Assembly: GCA_944384195.1 (NCBI GenBank)
Contig: CALWSK010000003.1
Location: forward strand, 74,826 to 138,825
Source: an uncultured Clostridia bacterium
GTDB taxonomy: Bacteria; Bacillota; Clostridia; Lachnospirales; CAG-274
Direction: 5' to 3'
Length of the DNA stretch: 64,000 nucleotides
The notes below the pieces were generated by a model. That model saw nothing but the letters and a program-made list of their open reading frames with translations. It made no database searches and was not told the DNA's origin. Below are positions 1-8,807 of the stretch, in pieces; positions within the stretch are counted from its first letter, which is position 1; each line of letters begins with the position of its first letter. A program made the position numbers and the translations under genes.

Positions 1-2
1 TT

Positions 3-266
3 TTTATAAATCATTTTCATAAACAAGGATTATTTAAAGATTTAGAAACTATATTGCCAAAAGAGCTAAGCTCTAAACTAAAAGATAAATTTTTATATAT
101 AGAAGATGAAAATAACATAAAAAAAGCTTATGCAATAGATATATCTTCTAGCCCCAAAATTAAACAATATCTAGATTTAAAAGGACCTATATATTATGGA
201 ATTTTAGCAAATGCAAACCACCAAGAAAAAGCTATTTCTTTTTTAAATTTTTTATATAGCAATTAA
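3..266 (+). CDS. 3' end of a gene entering from the left edge; hypothetical protein, possibly a lipoprotein/solute-binding-like protein
   Basis: The frame of track ORF 54..266 is open back to position 3 (FINHFHKQGLFKDLETILPK...), so the true start is outside the window. The product guess is weak. Confidence 0.6.
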   Translation, partial: FINHFHKQGLFKDLETILPKELSSKLKDKFLYIEDENNIKKAYAIDISSSPKIKQYLDLKGPIYYGILANANHQEKAISFLNFLYSN

Positions 267-384
267 AAATAGCTAAATCACATTTTTTAATATTTTTCAT
301 AAATTATAATATGCAAAATTATAAAAAATTGCTTGATTTAAACTATTGTTATAGCAAAATTTATCAAAAAATCTAATTAATTTG

Positions 385-413
385 TTGATAAATAAAATAA
401 AATACTTTATACT
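385..413 (+). promoter_or_regulatory. sigma-A-type promoter for lysC
   Basis: TTGATA (385-390), 17 nt spacer, TATACT (408-413), about 100 nt upstream of the lysC start. Confidence 0.55.
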
Positions 414-514
414 ATAAAGACATAGTTGTTATATAAAGCTTTTTAGCTTTAACAATATTTAATTTAAGTTAATCGATTTATAAAAATATATCCAGTTTAA
501 AGGGGGTTAAATAA

Positions 515-1714
515 TTGTTAATTGTTAAAAAATTTGGTGGGACTTCTGTTCAAAATGCTGAGCGTGTTCAAAATGTGGCCAGAAGAATAGTAGAAGAATA
601 TGATAAAGGCAATAAGGTAGTAGTTGTCCTATCTGCCCAAGGTCATACAACAGATGAGCTTATAGCTAAGGCAAAGGAGCTAAATCCTAAATGTTCTAAA
701 CGCGAACTTGATATGCTTTTATCTACTGGCGAACAACAATCAGTTGCACTTATGGCTATGGCTATTCACGCTCTAGGCTATCCGGCAATATCTTTAAATG
801 CTAATCAGTGCCCTATCTTAGCTACTTCCACTTACGGCAATGCTAGGATTAAAGATATAGATACAAATAGAATAAATGCCGAGCTTGATAAGAAAAATAT
901 AGTTATAATAACAGGGTTTCAAGGAATAAACAAATATGGCGATATAACAACTCTAGGACGTGGTGGTTCTGATACTTCTGCTGTTGCTTTAGCAGCTACT
1001 TTAAAGGCAGATTTATGCGAGATATTTACAGATGTTGATGGTGTTTATACTGGCGACCCTAGGATTATAAAAAACGCTAAAAAATTAAAATCTATAAGCT
1101 ATGATGAAATGCTAGAGCTAGCTTCTTTGGGAGCTAAAGTTCTTCATAATCGCTCTGTAGAACTTGCCAAAAAATATAATGTAAACTTAGTGGTGCGTTC
1201 TAGTCTAACAGAAGAAGAAGGAACAGTAGTAAAGGAGGAATCTCTTGTGGAAAAGATGATAGTAACTGGTGTTGCCGTTGACAAAGATGTAGCTAGGATA
1301 TCTGTTGTTGGCGTTCCTGATATACCTGGTATGGCCTTTAAGATTTTCTCTAATCTTTCAAAACATAAAGTGAGTGTTGATATTATTTTACAATCTATAG
1401 GTAGAGAAAGCTCAAAAGACATTTCTTTTACAGTCTCAAAAGACGAGCTAGAACCAGCTTTAAAAGCTATGGAAGATTTAAAAGGTGTATCTTATGAAAG
1501 CATAAGCTATGACAAAAATATTGCTAAAGTTTCTATAGTTGGTGCTGGAATGGATACAAACTCTGGTGTTGCTTCTGACCTTTTCGAAGCTTTATATTCT
1601 TCTGCTATAAATGTAAATATGATATCTACTTCAGAAATAAAAATTTCTGTTCTAGTAGAAGAAAAAGAAGCAGAAAGAGCAGCAAATGCCATACACGATA
1701 AATTTATAAGATAA
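515..1714 (+). CDS. lysC: aspartate kinase with C-terminal ACT domains
   Basis: N-terminal KFGGTS, TTLGRGGSDTSA and DVDGVYTGDP motifs, C-terminal ACT repeats (STSEIKIS); TTG start after AGGGGG. Confidence 0.95.
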   Translation: MLIVKKFGGTSVQNAERVQNVARRIVEEYDKGNKVVVVLSAQGHTTDELIAKAKELNPKCSKRELDMLLSTGEQQSVALMAMAIHALGYPAISLNANQCPILATSTYGNARIKDIDTNRINAELDKKNIVIITGFQGINKYGDITTLGRGGSDTSAVALAATLKADLCEIFTDVDGVYTGDPRIIKNAKKLKSISYDEMLELASLGAKVLHNRSVELAKKYNVNLVVRSSLTEEEGTVVKEESLVEKMIVTGVAVDKDVARISVVGVPDIPGMAFKIFSNLSKHKVSVDIILQSIGRESSKDISFTVSKDELEPALKAMEDLKGVSYESISYDKNIAKVSIVGAGMDTNSGVASDLFEALYSSAINVNMISTSEIKISVLVEEKEAERAANAIHDKFIR

Positions 1715-1728
1715 TAAAAATATATATT

Positions 1729-1754
1729 AAAAAAGAGCCTAAAGGCTCTTTTTT
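1729..1754. terminator. bidirectional intrinsic terminator between convergent lysC and sigE
   Basis: AAAAAAGAGCC-TAAA-GGCTCTTTTTT. Confidence 0.85.
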
Positions 1755-2472
1755 ACATCATTTTTACAAATTCTTTTTTTAGCCTAGATATTATCCTTTT
1801 TTCTAGCCTAGATATATAAGATTGAGATATTCCTAACATATCAGCTACTTCTTTTTGCGTCTTTTCTACACCATCAGAAAATATGCCATATCTTAGCTCT
1901 ATTATTATTTTTTCTCTTTTATCTAGCTTATCTATAGCCTTTTTTAATAATTGTCTGTCTATTTCTTCTTCTAAATTTTTAGATATAATATCTACTTCTG
2001 TACCTAATATATCAGAGAGTAAAAGCTCGTTCCCTTCCCAATCTACATTAAGAGGTTCATCTATAGAAACTTCTGTTTTTATCTTTGTATTTCTTCTAAG
2101 ATACATAAGTATCTCATTTTCTATACACCTTGTAGCATATGTAGCAAGCTTTATATTTTTATCTGCTCTAAATGTATTTATAGCTTTTATAAGCCCTATA
2201 CTCCCTATAGATATCAAATCTTCCACATTTATACCAGTGTTTTCAAACTTTCTAGCTATATATACAACAAGTCTTAAATTTCTTTCTATAAGCTTTGCCT
2301 TTACCATCTCATCTTCTTCTGTCCCAAGAAGTGCTATAAGCTCTAGCTCCTCATCATTTGATAAAGGAGCCGGCAAAACTTCTGTACCTCCTATATAAAA
2401 TATACTCTCTTCTTCATCTTTTTCTATAAAAATGTTTATAATATTTTTTAAAATATTTTTTACAAAAATCAT
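1753..2472 (-). CDS. sigE: sporulation sigma factor sigma-E (pro-sigmaE)
   Basis: Pro-sequence followed by [44 protein letters not shown] and [21 protein letters not shown]; directly downstream of spoIIGA. Confidence 0.95.
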   Translation of the reverse strand: MIFVKNILKNIINIFIEKDEEESIFYIGGTEVLPAPLSNDEELELIALLGTEEDEMVKAKLIERNLRLVVYIARKFENTGINVEDLISIGSIGLIKAINTFRADKNIKLATYATRCIENEILMYLRRNTKIKTEVSIDEPLNVDWEGNELLLSDILGTEVDIISKNLEEEIDRQLLKKAIDKLDKREKIIIELRYGIFSDGVEKTQKEVADMLGISQSYISRLEKRIISRLKKEFVKMM

Positions 2473-2483
2473 TTAGCTTCCTC

Positions 2484-3362
2484 CTAGTTTATAAGCTCTG
2501 GATTTAAAATTGCTTTATAAAAATTATCATTAGATAGAGGAAAATTTGCTATACCCAAAATAGCATTTTCCACTATTGTTGGCGGAGTTGTTTCTATATT
2601 TAGCCTATCTATTTTTATACCAACTAAAAGCCCATTTTCTTTCCCAAGACTTTTAAAGGGAATTAATCTTATATCTGCCTTTTTGTCTACTTCTAATAGC
2701 ATATTAAGGTCATCTTCTTGTTTTTCATAAAATATAAGCCTTAGTTTTTCTGGTAATATAGTCTTTATAGCTTCAAACTCCACTATAGTAACTGGTTTTT
2801 TTGTTATAGGTTCTTTTAAGGAATTTCCGGTATCTAAAAGAGCATTTAAACTTATGTTTTTTCCGTTTTTATCAATTATAATATTATAAAAACTTTGTTT
2901 TTTTACTACTACTTTTCTATAAGTTTTTAGGAAAATTTTAAGCATTATATATGTAAAAAGAGTGGAAAAAATAAGTATTTTTATCGGGAAATTTTCTAAA
3001 GTAAAGCTTAAAATCGCTCCTATCTTTGTGTAAAAAAATAAAGACATAGAAAGCCCACCTATACAAAAAGCTACTATATTAGTTACAAAAAATAAATATA
3101 AAAAATTTTTGATACTCCTTGGATTAAAAGCTAGCTTTATAGATAATGAAAATATTAGTATAGGTAAACTTAGACTAAAAACTCTGTTATAAGGAATAAA
3201 AACTACTGTTATAATATATAAAAAGGCAGTAATGAATGATACAAATAAAAGCCTCTTTAAAGATACTCTATTTTTTTGTAGTTTATTTACCACAAAAAAT
3301 ATAAAATATATCATAAAAAAATTTATAAAAAACAAAATATCAAGATAAATTTCTATTTGCAT
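2484..3362 (-). CDS. spoIIGA: sigma-E processing aspartic peptidase
   Basis: IYLDILFFINF N-terminus, about 5 TM segments, catalytic LLDTGN motif, IPFKSLG; upstream of sigE. Confidence 0.92.
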   Translation of the reverse strand: MQIEIYLDILFFINFFMIYFIFFVVNKLQKNRVSLKRLLFVSFITAFLYIITVVFIPYNRVFSLSLPILIFSLSIKLAFNPRSIKNFLYLFFVTNIVAFCIGGLSMSLFFYTKIGAILSFTLENFPIKILIFSTLFTYIMLKIFLKTYRKVVVKKQSFYNIIIDKNGKNISLNALLDTGNSLKEPITKKPVTIVEFEAIKTILPEKLRLIFYEKQEDDLNMLLEVDKKADIRLIPFKSLGKENGLLVGIKIDRLNIETTPPTIVENAILGIANFPLSNDNFYKAILNPELIN

Positions 3363-3453
3363 CTAACACCTCCACCAGAGCTTTTATAAATATTATATAT
3401 ATACTAAGTGGAAAAATTTGTTATATTATAGCTATATTTTAAAAAATAAAAAT

Positions 3454-3476
3454 AAAAAAAAAGAGCTATAAGCTCT
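3454..3476 (-). terminator. probable intrinsic terminator after the ttcA-like gene
   Basis: Minus strand AGAGC-TTATA-GCTCT followed by a T run. Confidence 0.55.
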
Positions 3477-3486
3477 AATTTTTATA

Positions 3487-4317
3487 TTATCTATCATAAT
3501 CATCTAAAAAGTTATATTTGTCCCCATTTTTATGGTATCCTATAACTGTGCTAAGATTTATATTTTCTACACTATTAAAAATATTTTTCTCTATATTTGG
3601 ATTATTTTCTCTAAGGCTTCTTATAAGCGCTTTTACATTTTGCCTTGTAGAACCACTTTCATATTTATTTTCATAATCTATATTTTCTGTAAAACGACAA
3701 CCACATCTTAAAAATTCTAAGTTATGATATCTAGCAAAAGCTATAATATCTTCTTCTCTTACCATATACATAGGACGGATAAGCTCCATTCCCTCAAAAT
3801 TTTTGCTATGTAGCTTAGGCATCATAGTTTGCACCTGACCACCATATAGCATACCCATAAGAATAGTTTCTATAACGTCATCAAAATGATGCCCAAGAGC
3901 TATCTTATTACAGCCAAGCTCTTTTGCTTTGCTATATAAATGTCCTCTTCGCATTCTAGCACAAAGATAACAAGGGTTTTGCTCTATATCAAATACTATA
4001 TTAAAAATTTCTGTTTCAAAAACTGTTATAGGTATATTTAGTTTTTTTGCATTTTCCAAAATCAGCTCATAATTTTTTTGATTATACCCAGGGTTCATAA
4101 CTATAAACTCTAAACCAAAATGGAATTTTCCGTGTTTTTGTAGCTCTTGCATAAGCTTAGCAAGTAGCATAGAATCCTTCCCGCCAGATATACAAACTGC
4201 TATTTTATCATTTTCTTTTATAAGCTCATATTTTTGCACACCTTTTATAAATCCACGCCATATATTTTTTCTAAATTTTTTTATTATACTTCTTTCAATA
4301 TCTGTATGTTTTTCCAA
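3487..4317 (-). CDS. ttcA: tRNA 2-thiocytidine biosynthesis TtcA-family PP-loop ATPase
   Basis: PP-loop SGGKDS, CYLCARMRRG (CxxC), IALGHHFDD, CGC motif. Confidence 0.8.
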   Translation of the reverse strand: MEKHTDIERSIIKKFRKNIWRGFIKGVQKYELIKENDKIAVCISGGKDSMLLAKLMQELQKHGKFHFGLEFIVMNPGYNQKNYELILENAKKLNIPITVFETEIFNIVFDIEQNPCYLCARMRRGHLYSKAKELGCNKIALGHHFDDVIETILMGMLYGGQVQTMMPKLHSKNFEGMELIRPMYMVREEDIIAFARYHNLEFLRCGCRFTENIDYENKYESGSTRQNVKALIRSLRENNPNIEKNIFNSVENINLSTVIGYHKNGDKYNFLDDYDR

Positions 4318-4329
4318 AATATTCCTCCT

Positions 4330-5679
4330 TTATCTTTTTAATTGTGCTACGCATTCTATATGACAAGTCATACAAAACATATCCACCGGTTGTAGCTTTT
4401 CTAATCTAAAACCATATTGTTTTAAATAAGCTATATCTCTAGCAAGTGTAGAATTATCGCAAGATACATAAACTAATTTTTTAACCTCTGTTTTTCCTAT
4501 AGCATCTAAAAGAGCTTTATCACAACCTTTTCTAGGCGGGTCCACTACTATAGTATCTGGGACTATCCCCTCTTTAAATATAAGATTTGGTATAACTTCT
4601 TCAGATTTACCTACTAAAAATTTAGCATTTTCTATTTTATTTTCTTTAGCATTTTGTTTTGCATTTTCTATAGCATCTTCTATAATTTCTATACCATATA
4701 CCATTTTACATTCTTTAGCTAAAAATAAAGATATAGTCCCTATGCCACAATAAGCATCAAAAACTATTTCATCTTTGCTAAGCTGGCAATAATCAAGAGC
4801 CGTTTTATATAAAATTTCTGTTTGTACTTGATTTATTTGATAAAATGATAATGGAGAAATATTAAATTTTAAATCTTTTATATAATCTGTTATATATCCC
4901 TTACCATATATAGTTTTAGTTTTATCCCCTAAAATAACATTTGTATTTTTTGTATTAAAATTTAAAACTATAGTAGCAATGTTTTCTATATCTTTAAGAG
5001 CCAAAACAAGCTCATTTTCATATGCAAAACTCTTAGCATTTATCACAAGACAGACCATAACCTCGCCTGTTTTATTCCCTACTCTAGTTATTATATGTCT
5101 TAATATACCTTTTCCGGTTTTCTCGTCATATACGCTAATATTATTAATTTCTATAAATTTTCTAAGTTTTGCTATAATAGGTTCATTTATAGGACTTTGT
5201 ATTATACAATTTTCTATATTCACTATATTATGAGAACGTGGCTTATAAAATCCTATTTTAAGATTATCTTGATAAGATATAGGAAAGCTTGCTTTATTTC
5301 TATAAGCTAAAGGATTTTTCATTCCCATAGCTCTTTCAACATTAAAATCAAGATTAGCAATTTTCTTAAGATTAGACTTTATAAAATTAGTTTTTATATC
5401 TAATTGATAGTCATAGTCTATATGTAAAAGAGAGCAACCACCACAAGCTCCAAAATGCTCGCAGATAGGCTCTATTCTTTTTTCTGATTTTTTTATTATT
5501 TCTATAAGCTTACCATAAGCAAAATTTTTATTAACTTTTAAAATTTTTATCTTTACAAACTCACCTGTAATAGCTCCATTTATAAATATAGGGAAATTAT
5601 CTATTTTTGCTATACCCTCTCCATTTATGCCTATATCTAAAATTTCTACTTCTAAAAAATCATTTTTTTTTATTTCCAT
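4330..5679 (-). CDS. rlmD: 23S rRNA (uracil-1939-C5)-methyltransferase with TRAM domain
   Basis: TRAM N-terminus, Fe-S motif CEHFGACGGC, SFYQIN, DAYCGIG, VDPPRKG, VYVSC, DMFCMTCHIE. Confidence 0.92.
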   Translation of the reverse strand: MEIKKNDFLEVEILDIGINGEGIAKIDNFPIFINGAITGEFVKIKILKVNKNFAYGKLIEIIKKSEKRIEPICEHFGACGGCSLLHIDYDYQLDIKTNFIKSNLKKIANLDFNVERAMGMKNPLAYRNKASFPISYQDNLKIGFYKPRSHNIVNIENCIIQSPINEPIIAKLRKFIEINNISVYDEKTGKGILRHIITRVGNKTGEVMVCLVINAKSFAYENELVLALKDIENIATIVLNFNTKNTNVILGDKTKTIYGKGYITDYIKDLKFNISPLSFYQINQVQTEILYKTALDYCQLSKDEIVFDAYCGIGTISLFLAKECKMVYGIEIIEDAIENAKQNAKENKIENAKFLVGKSEEVIPNLIFKEGIVPDTIVVDPPRKGCDKALLDAIGKTEVKKLVYVSCDNSTLARDIAYLKQYGFRLEKLQPVDMFCMTCHIECVAQLKR

Positions 5680-5782
5680 TTTTATTTCCTTTTTCTTTAT
5701 TTAAAAGTTCTTTTATGGCTTTTGCCAATATTTTTTCATCTGTCTTATTTAGTATTTTTTCTATATTTTCTTTTTTATCCAT
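5660..5782 (-). CDS. unannotated 40-aa small protein (MDKKENIEKILNKTDEKILAKAIKELLNKEKGNKNGNKKK)
   Basis: ATG at 5782 preceded by AAAGGTG 5 nt upstream; open to TGA at 5660-5662; overlaps the rlmD start by 20 nt. Translated by hand; below the track cut-off. Confidence 0.6.
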   Translation of the reverse strand: MDKKENIEKILNKTDEKILAKAIKELLNKEKGNKNGNKKK

Positions 5783-5793
5783 ATATACACCTT

Positions 5794-6345
5794 TTAAGAT
5801 AACTTTCTATAAAATTCACATACTGTATGCCTACAAATGCAATATTTACAATGAGTAAAACTGCAAGTAGGATTACCTTTGCCAGTTTTTAGCATATGTC
5901 TCATATCTGATAAAACTTTAAAAAAATATTTCCTAAGCCTTCTTGTATTTTTTATTCTAAAGCAGTAATCTTTATAAACTAGTTTTCCTTCTTTTACTCT
6001 ATGCCCATATAAATCTTCTATAATAATAAAATATGCCACAAGTTGCATAAGATCGCCAAGGTGTGGCATAGGGTCATCTTTTATACTTCCACTTTTTAGC
6101 TCTATAGGATAATAGCTATTAAATCTTTTAAATATATAATCTGGCTTTCCTTGTATGTTATATTTTTCTGAATATAAAATTTTCTTATATATTACATTAT
6201 CTTCTTTTTCTTTAGTATTTTGGTCTGTATAAAAAAGTTTATATCCAAGGGGAACAATATTTTTATATTTAGATTTTTTTATGGCATTTTTTTTACTATA
6301 GATAAGCCAAAAAACAACAACTACTAAAATAAATATTATCCACAT
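5794..6345 (-). CDS. Cas4-like PD-(D/E)XK nuclease, C-terminal half, with N-terminal transmembrane helix
   Basis: Hydrophobic start MWIIFILVVVVFWLIY then basic SKKNAIKK; GKPD (motif II), IELKSG (motif III ExK), QLVAY (QxxxY), C-terminal CKYCICRHTVC cysteine cluster. Confidence 0.8.
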   Translation of the reverse strand: MWIIFILVVVVFWLIYSKKNAIKKSKYKNIVPLGYKLFYTDQNTKEKEDNVIYKKILYSEKYNIQGKPDYIFKRFNSYYPIELKSGSIKDDPMPHLGDLMQLVAYFIIIEDLYGHRVKEGKLVYKDYCFRIKNTRRLRKYFFKVLSDMRHMLKTGKGNPTCSFTHCKYCICRHTVCEFYRKLS

Positions 6346-6647
6346 AGCTTAAGCACTAGCGCAAGAGCTATAATAAGAGAAAGCACTATAAATACTATCA
6401 TAAGATTTTTTACAGCTCCCATACGCCTTTTTATATTAAAACTATCGTGAAACTCAAGTCCACGTTTAAAGTTATTAAAAGTATCGTCTACTTCTTGTTG
6501 TTTATTTAGTTTTTTAGGTTGTTTTTTGTTTTTATATTTCTCTAAAATATATTTTCTGCCATAAAGCCTTTCATAATACCAGCCATATTCACAAAAACAA
6601 TATCTATTTATTTCACTTGCTGATATTTTTTCGCTATCATTATTCAT
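6336..6647 (-). CDS. Cas4-like nuclease, N-terminal half, with C-terminal transmembrane helix
   Basis: ISASEINRYCFCEYGWYY resembles the Cas4 N-terminal YxYC segment; RGLEFH resembles motif I (GxxxH); C-terminal hydrophobic LMIVFIVLSLIIALALVL. Confidence 0.75.
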   Translation of the reverse strand: MNNDSEKISASEINRYCFCEYGWYYERLYGRKYILEKYKNKKQPKKLNKQQEVDDTFNNFKRGLEFHDSFNIKRRMGAVKNLMIVFIVLSLIIALALVLKLCG

Positions 6648-7584
6648 AATTAGATTTTCTTAGGTTTCTAGCTAACATTTTATGATAGCCAACCCAGTTC
6701 CCATTTGTATTATCTGATAAAATATTTTCTTCAAATATTTTTATTTTTGCATCTAGCTCATCTGCACAATGCAATATAAAAGCTTCTATTGTTTTTGGTC
6801 TTTTAGGAGAACCAAATTCATATTCCCCGTGGTGTGATAAAATACTATGTTTTATAAGACTTTGTAACTGATGAGGAAATCCTTCTATTTTATTGGATTC
6901 TTTTGTTACAAGCTCTGTCCCAATAACTATATGTCCTAGAAGTTGTCCATCATCTGTATAGTCATTATCTGGAAAAGGAGATAGCTCAAATATTTTTCCT
7001 ATATCATGTAAAAGAGCAGAAGCTATAAGCAAATCTCTATCTACATATTCATAATGACTAGATAAAAAGTCGCAAATTTGACATATAGAAAGACTATGTT
7101 CTAAAAGCCCTCCCATATAGTTATGGTGCATAGTCTTAGCGGCAGAATGTTTTTTAAAAACAGAAACTAGCTCATTATTTTTTATATATATATTTTCTAA
7201 AAGCTCTTTTATATATTTATTTTTTATACTAGCTATTAAATCTAATATTTGTTTATATAATTGTTCTATATTTTTATCTGTAGCTGGAATATAGTCCATA
7301 GGCTCAAATTCGCCTTCTAAACTACGTCTTATTTTTTTAACATTAAGTTGTAGCTCATTTTGATAAGATAAAACAACACCTTCTATTTTTATAAAATCAT
7401 TTTCTTCAAAACTTTGTATATTATTATTTAAATCCCATACTTTAGCATTTATTGTACCTGTTTTATCTTGCAATAATAAAGAAAGATAATTTTTTCCAGA
7501 ACGCGATTTTAGAGTTTGCTTTTTTTTGCAAAGATAGTGTTCTACAACCATCTCATCTACTTTTAAATCTGCTATATATCTCAT
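6640..7584 (-). CDS. yhaM: 3'-5' exoribonuclease YhaM/Cbf1 family (OB fold plus HD domain)
   Basis: OB-fold N-terminus (LQDKTGTINAKVWD), HHNYMGGLLEH, LLHDIGK, HSILSHHGEYEFGSP. Confidence 0.9.
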   Translation of the reverse strand: MRYIADLKVDEMVVEHYLCKKKQTLKSRSGKNYLSLLLQDKTGTINAKVWDLNNNIQSFEENDFIKIEGVVLSYQNELQLNVKKIRRSLEGEFEPMDYIPATDKNIEQLYKQILDLIASIKNKYIKELLENIYIKNNELVSVFKKHSAAKTMHHNYMGGLLEHSLSICQICDFLSSHYEYVDRDLLIASALLHDIGKIFELSPFPDNDYTDDGQLLGHIVIGTELVTKESNKIEGFPHQLQSLIKHSILSHHGEYEFGSPKRPKTIEAFILHCADELDAKIKIFEENILSDNTNGNWVGYHKMLARNLRKSNYE

Positions 7585-7634
7585 TTTAAATCCTCCATAA
7601 ATTTTATATTATAAATATACTATGTATAACAATA

Positions 7635-8576
7635 TTAGTCAAATTTTTTAAGAGCTTTATTACAACCATAATCATATAATTTTCCCTGATATCTATTTTC
7701 ATCTTTCATCTTTTTTTCTATTTGTTCTTTTATCTTCCACCAACTAGTTCCCCAATTAGAAAACAATGTAAACTCTTCTGGTGCTCTTCCTATTATTCTT
7801 TGTATCGCTATATCTGGGTTTAGATATTCTAAAAAAGTAATAGTCTTTTCTATGTAGTCTTCTAAAGGCAACATAGTAAATTCTCCGTTTTGATATTCTC
7901 TAGCTAATACTGTGTTTTTTTCTATATATAAGGCGTGTAACTTTACAAAATCGTTTCCTAAAACGGATATTATTTTTGCTGTTTCTATAGTATCTTCTAT
8001 ATTATCCCAAGGAAAATTTAATATAATGTGAGTACAAATATTAAAACCATAACTTTTTATAAGCATACAAGCTTGTATATATTCTGCAAGAGTATGTCCC
8101 CTTCTTATCTTATCTAATGTTTTGTAATTAGCAGTTTGTAAACCAAGTTCTATAGTAATATCTATATTATATTTTTCTTTTATTTCTTTTAAAAAATCTA
8201 AGTATGGCTTATCTATGCAATCTGGACGTGTAGATATAGATATATCTACTATATCTTCTATTATTGCCTCTGTTATATATTTTTTAAACAAATCTAATGA
8301 AATATATGTATTTGAATAGCTTTGAAAATAAGCTATAAACTTTTTAGCCTTATATTTTTTACTTATTTTCTCTTTATTTTTAAGAAGTTGTTCTTTTACA
8401 CTAAGATTTGCTGATAAATTTTCAAATCCAACTCCCTCATCTCCACAATAGCTACACCCTCCAAAACCAAGGTTTCCATCCCTGTTTGGACAGTTTGTTT
8501 CCTTTAATGATATAGGAAGTTTATAAACTTTTTCTTTATATTTTTCTTTTAAATATGTTGAGTATTCTCTATACAT
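7635..8576 (-). CDS. TIGR01212 (YhcC/YtqA) family radical SAM protein
   Basis: CPNRDGNLGFGGCSYC extended CxxxCxxC motif, YFQSYSNTY, STRPDC, IELGLQT. Confidence 0.88.
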   Translation of the reverse strand: MYREYSTYLKEKYKEKVYKLPISLKETNCPNRDGNLGFGGCSYCGDEGVGFENLSANLSVKEQLLKNKEKISKKYKAKKFIAYFQSYSNTYISLDLFKKYITEAIIEDIVDISISTRPDCIDKPYLDFLKEIKEKYNIDITIELGLQTANYKTLDKIRRGHTLAEYIQACMLIKSYGFNICTHIILNFPWDNIEDTIETAKIISVLGNDFVKLHALYIEKNTVLAREYQNGEFTMLPLEDYIEKTITFLEYLNPDIAIQRIIGRAPEEFTLFSNWGTSWWKIKEQIEKKMKDENRYQGKLYDYGCNKALKKFD

Positions 8577-8777
8577 AATATGCCTTTCTAAAAATTAAAT
8601 TTATATTTATGGAAAAAAATAATATTATCAATTTTGTATAATAGAAATATTATAAAATATAATAAGTATGACTATTTTTAAATTTTTTAATATTTGTTAT
8701 TAATAAATCATCTTATTTGTATATAACTAGTTAAAGATTATTATATTAAAATTATTAATTTTTTTCAATAAAAACTA

Positions 8778-8807
8778 TTGACAAAAATCTTAAGTTTTTG
8801 TTAATCT
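8778..8807 (+). promoter_or_regulatory. candidate sigma-A promoter for the topoisomerase operon, overlapped by an imperfect palindrome
   Basis: TTGACA at 8778 followed 17-18 nt later by TTAATC/TAATCT; the segment TTGACAAAAATCTTAAGTTTTTGTTAA is nearly self-complementary. Confidence 0.35.

Noticed and set aside
414-514. Lysine riboswitch upstream of lysC
   Set aside because: The leader is only about 100 nt with one AT-rich hairpin. It has no room for the roughly 170-nt L-box and none of its conserved motifs.
1775-1815. Direct repeat TAGCCTAGATAT inside sigE
   Set aside because: It reflects the repeated ISRL peptide in the conserved sigma region 4.
5663-5671. Poly-A9 tract at the start of rlmD as a phase-variation switch
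   Set aside because: A/T runs of this length are common throughout this genome, and the gene is in frame.
6330-6360. Programmed -1 frameshift fusing the two Cas4-like halves
   Set aside because: No X XXY YYZ slippery site or downstream stimulator at the junction. Translational coupling is simpler, although a mutational split is not excluded.
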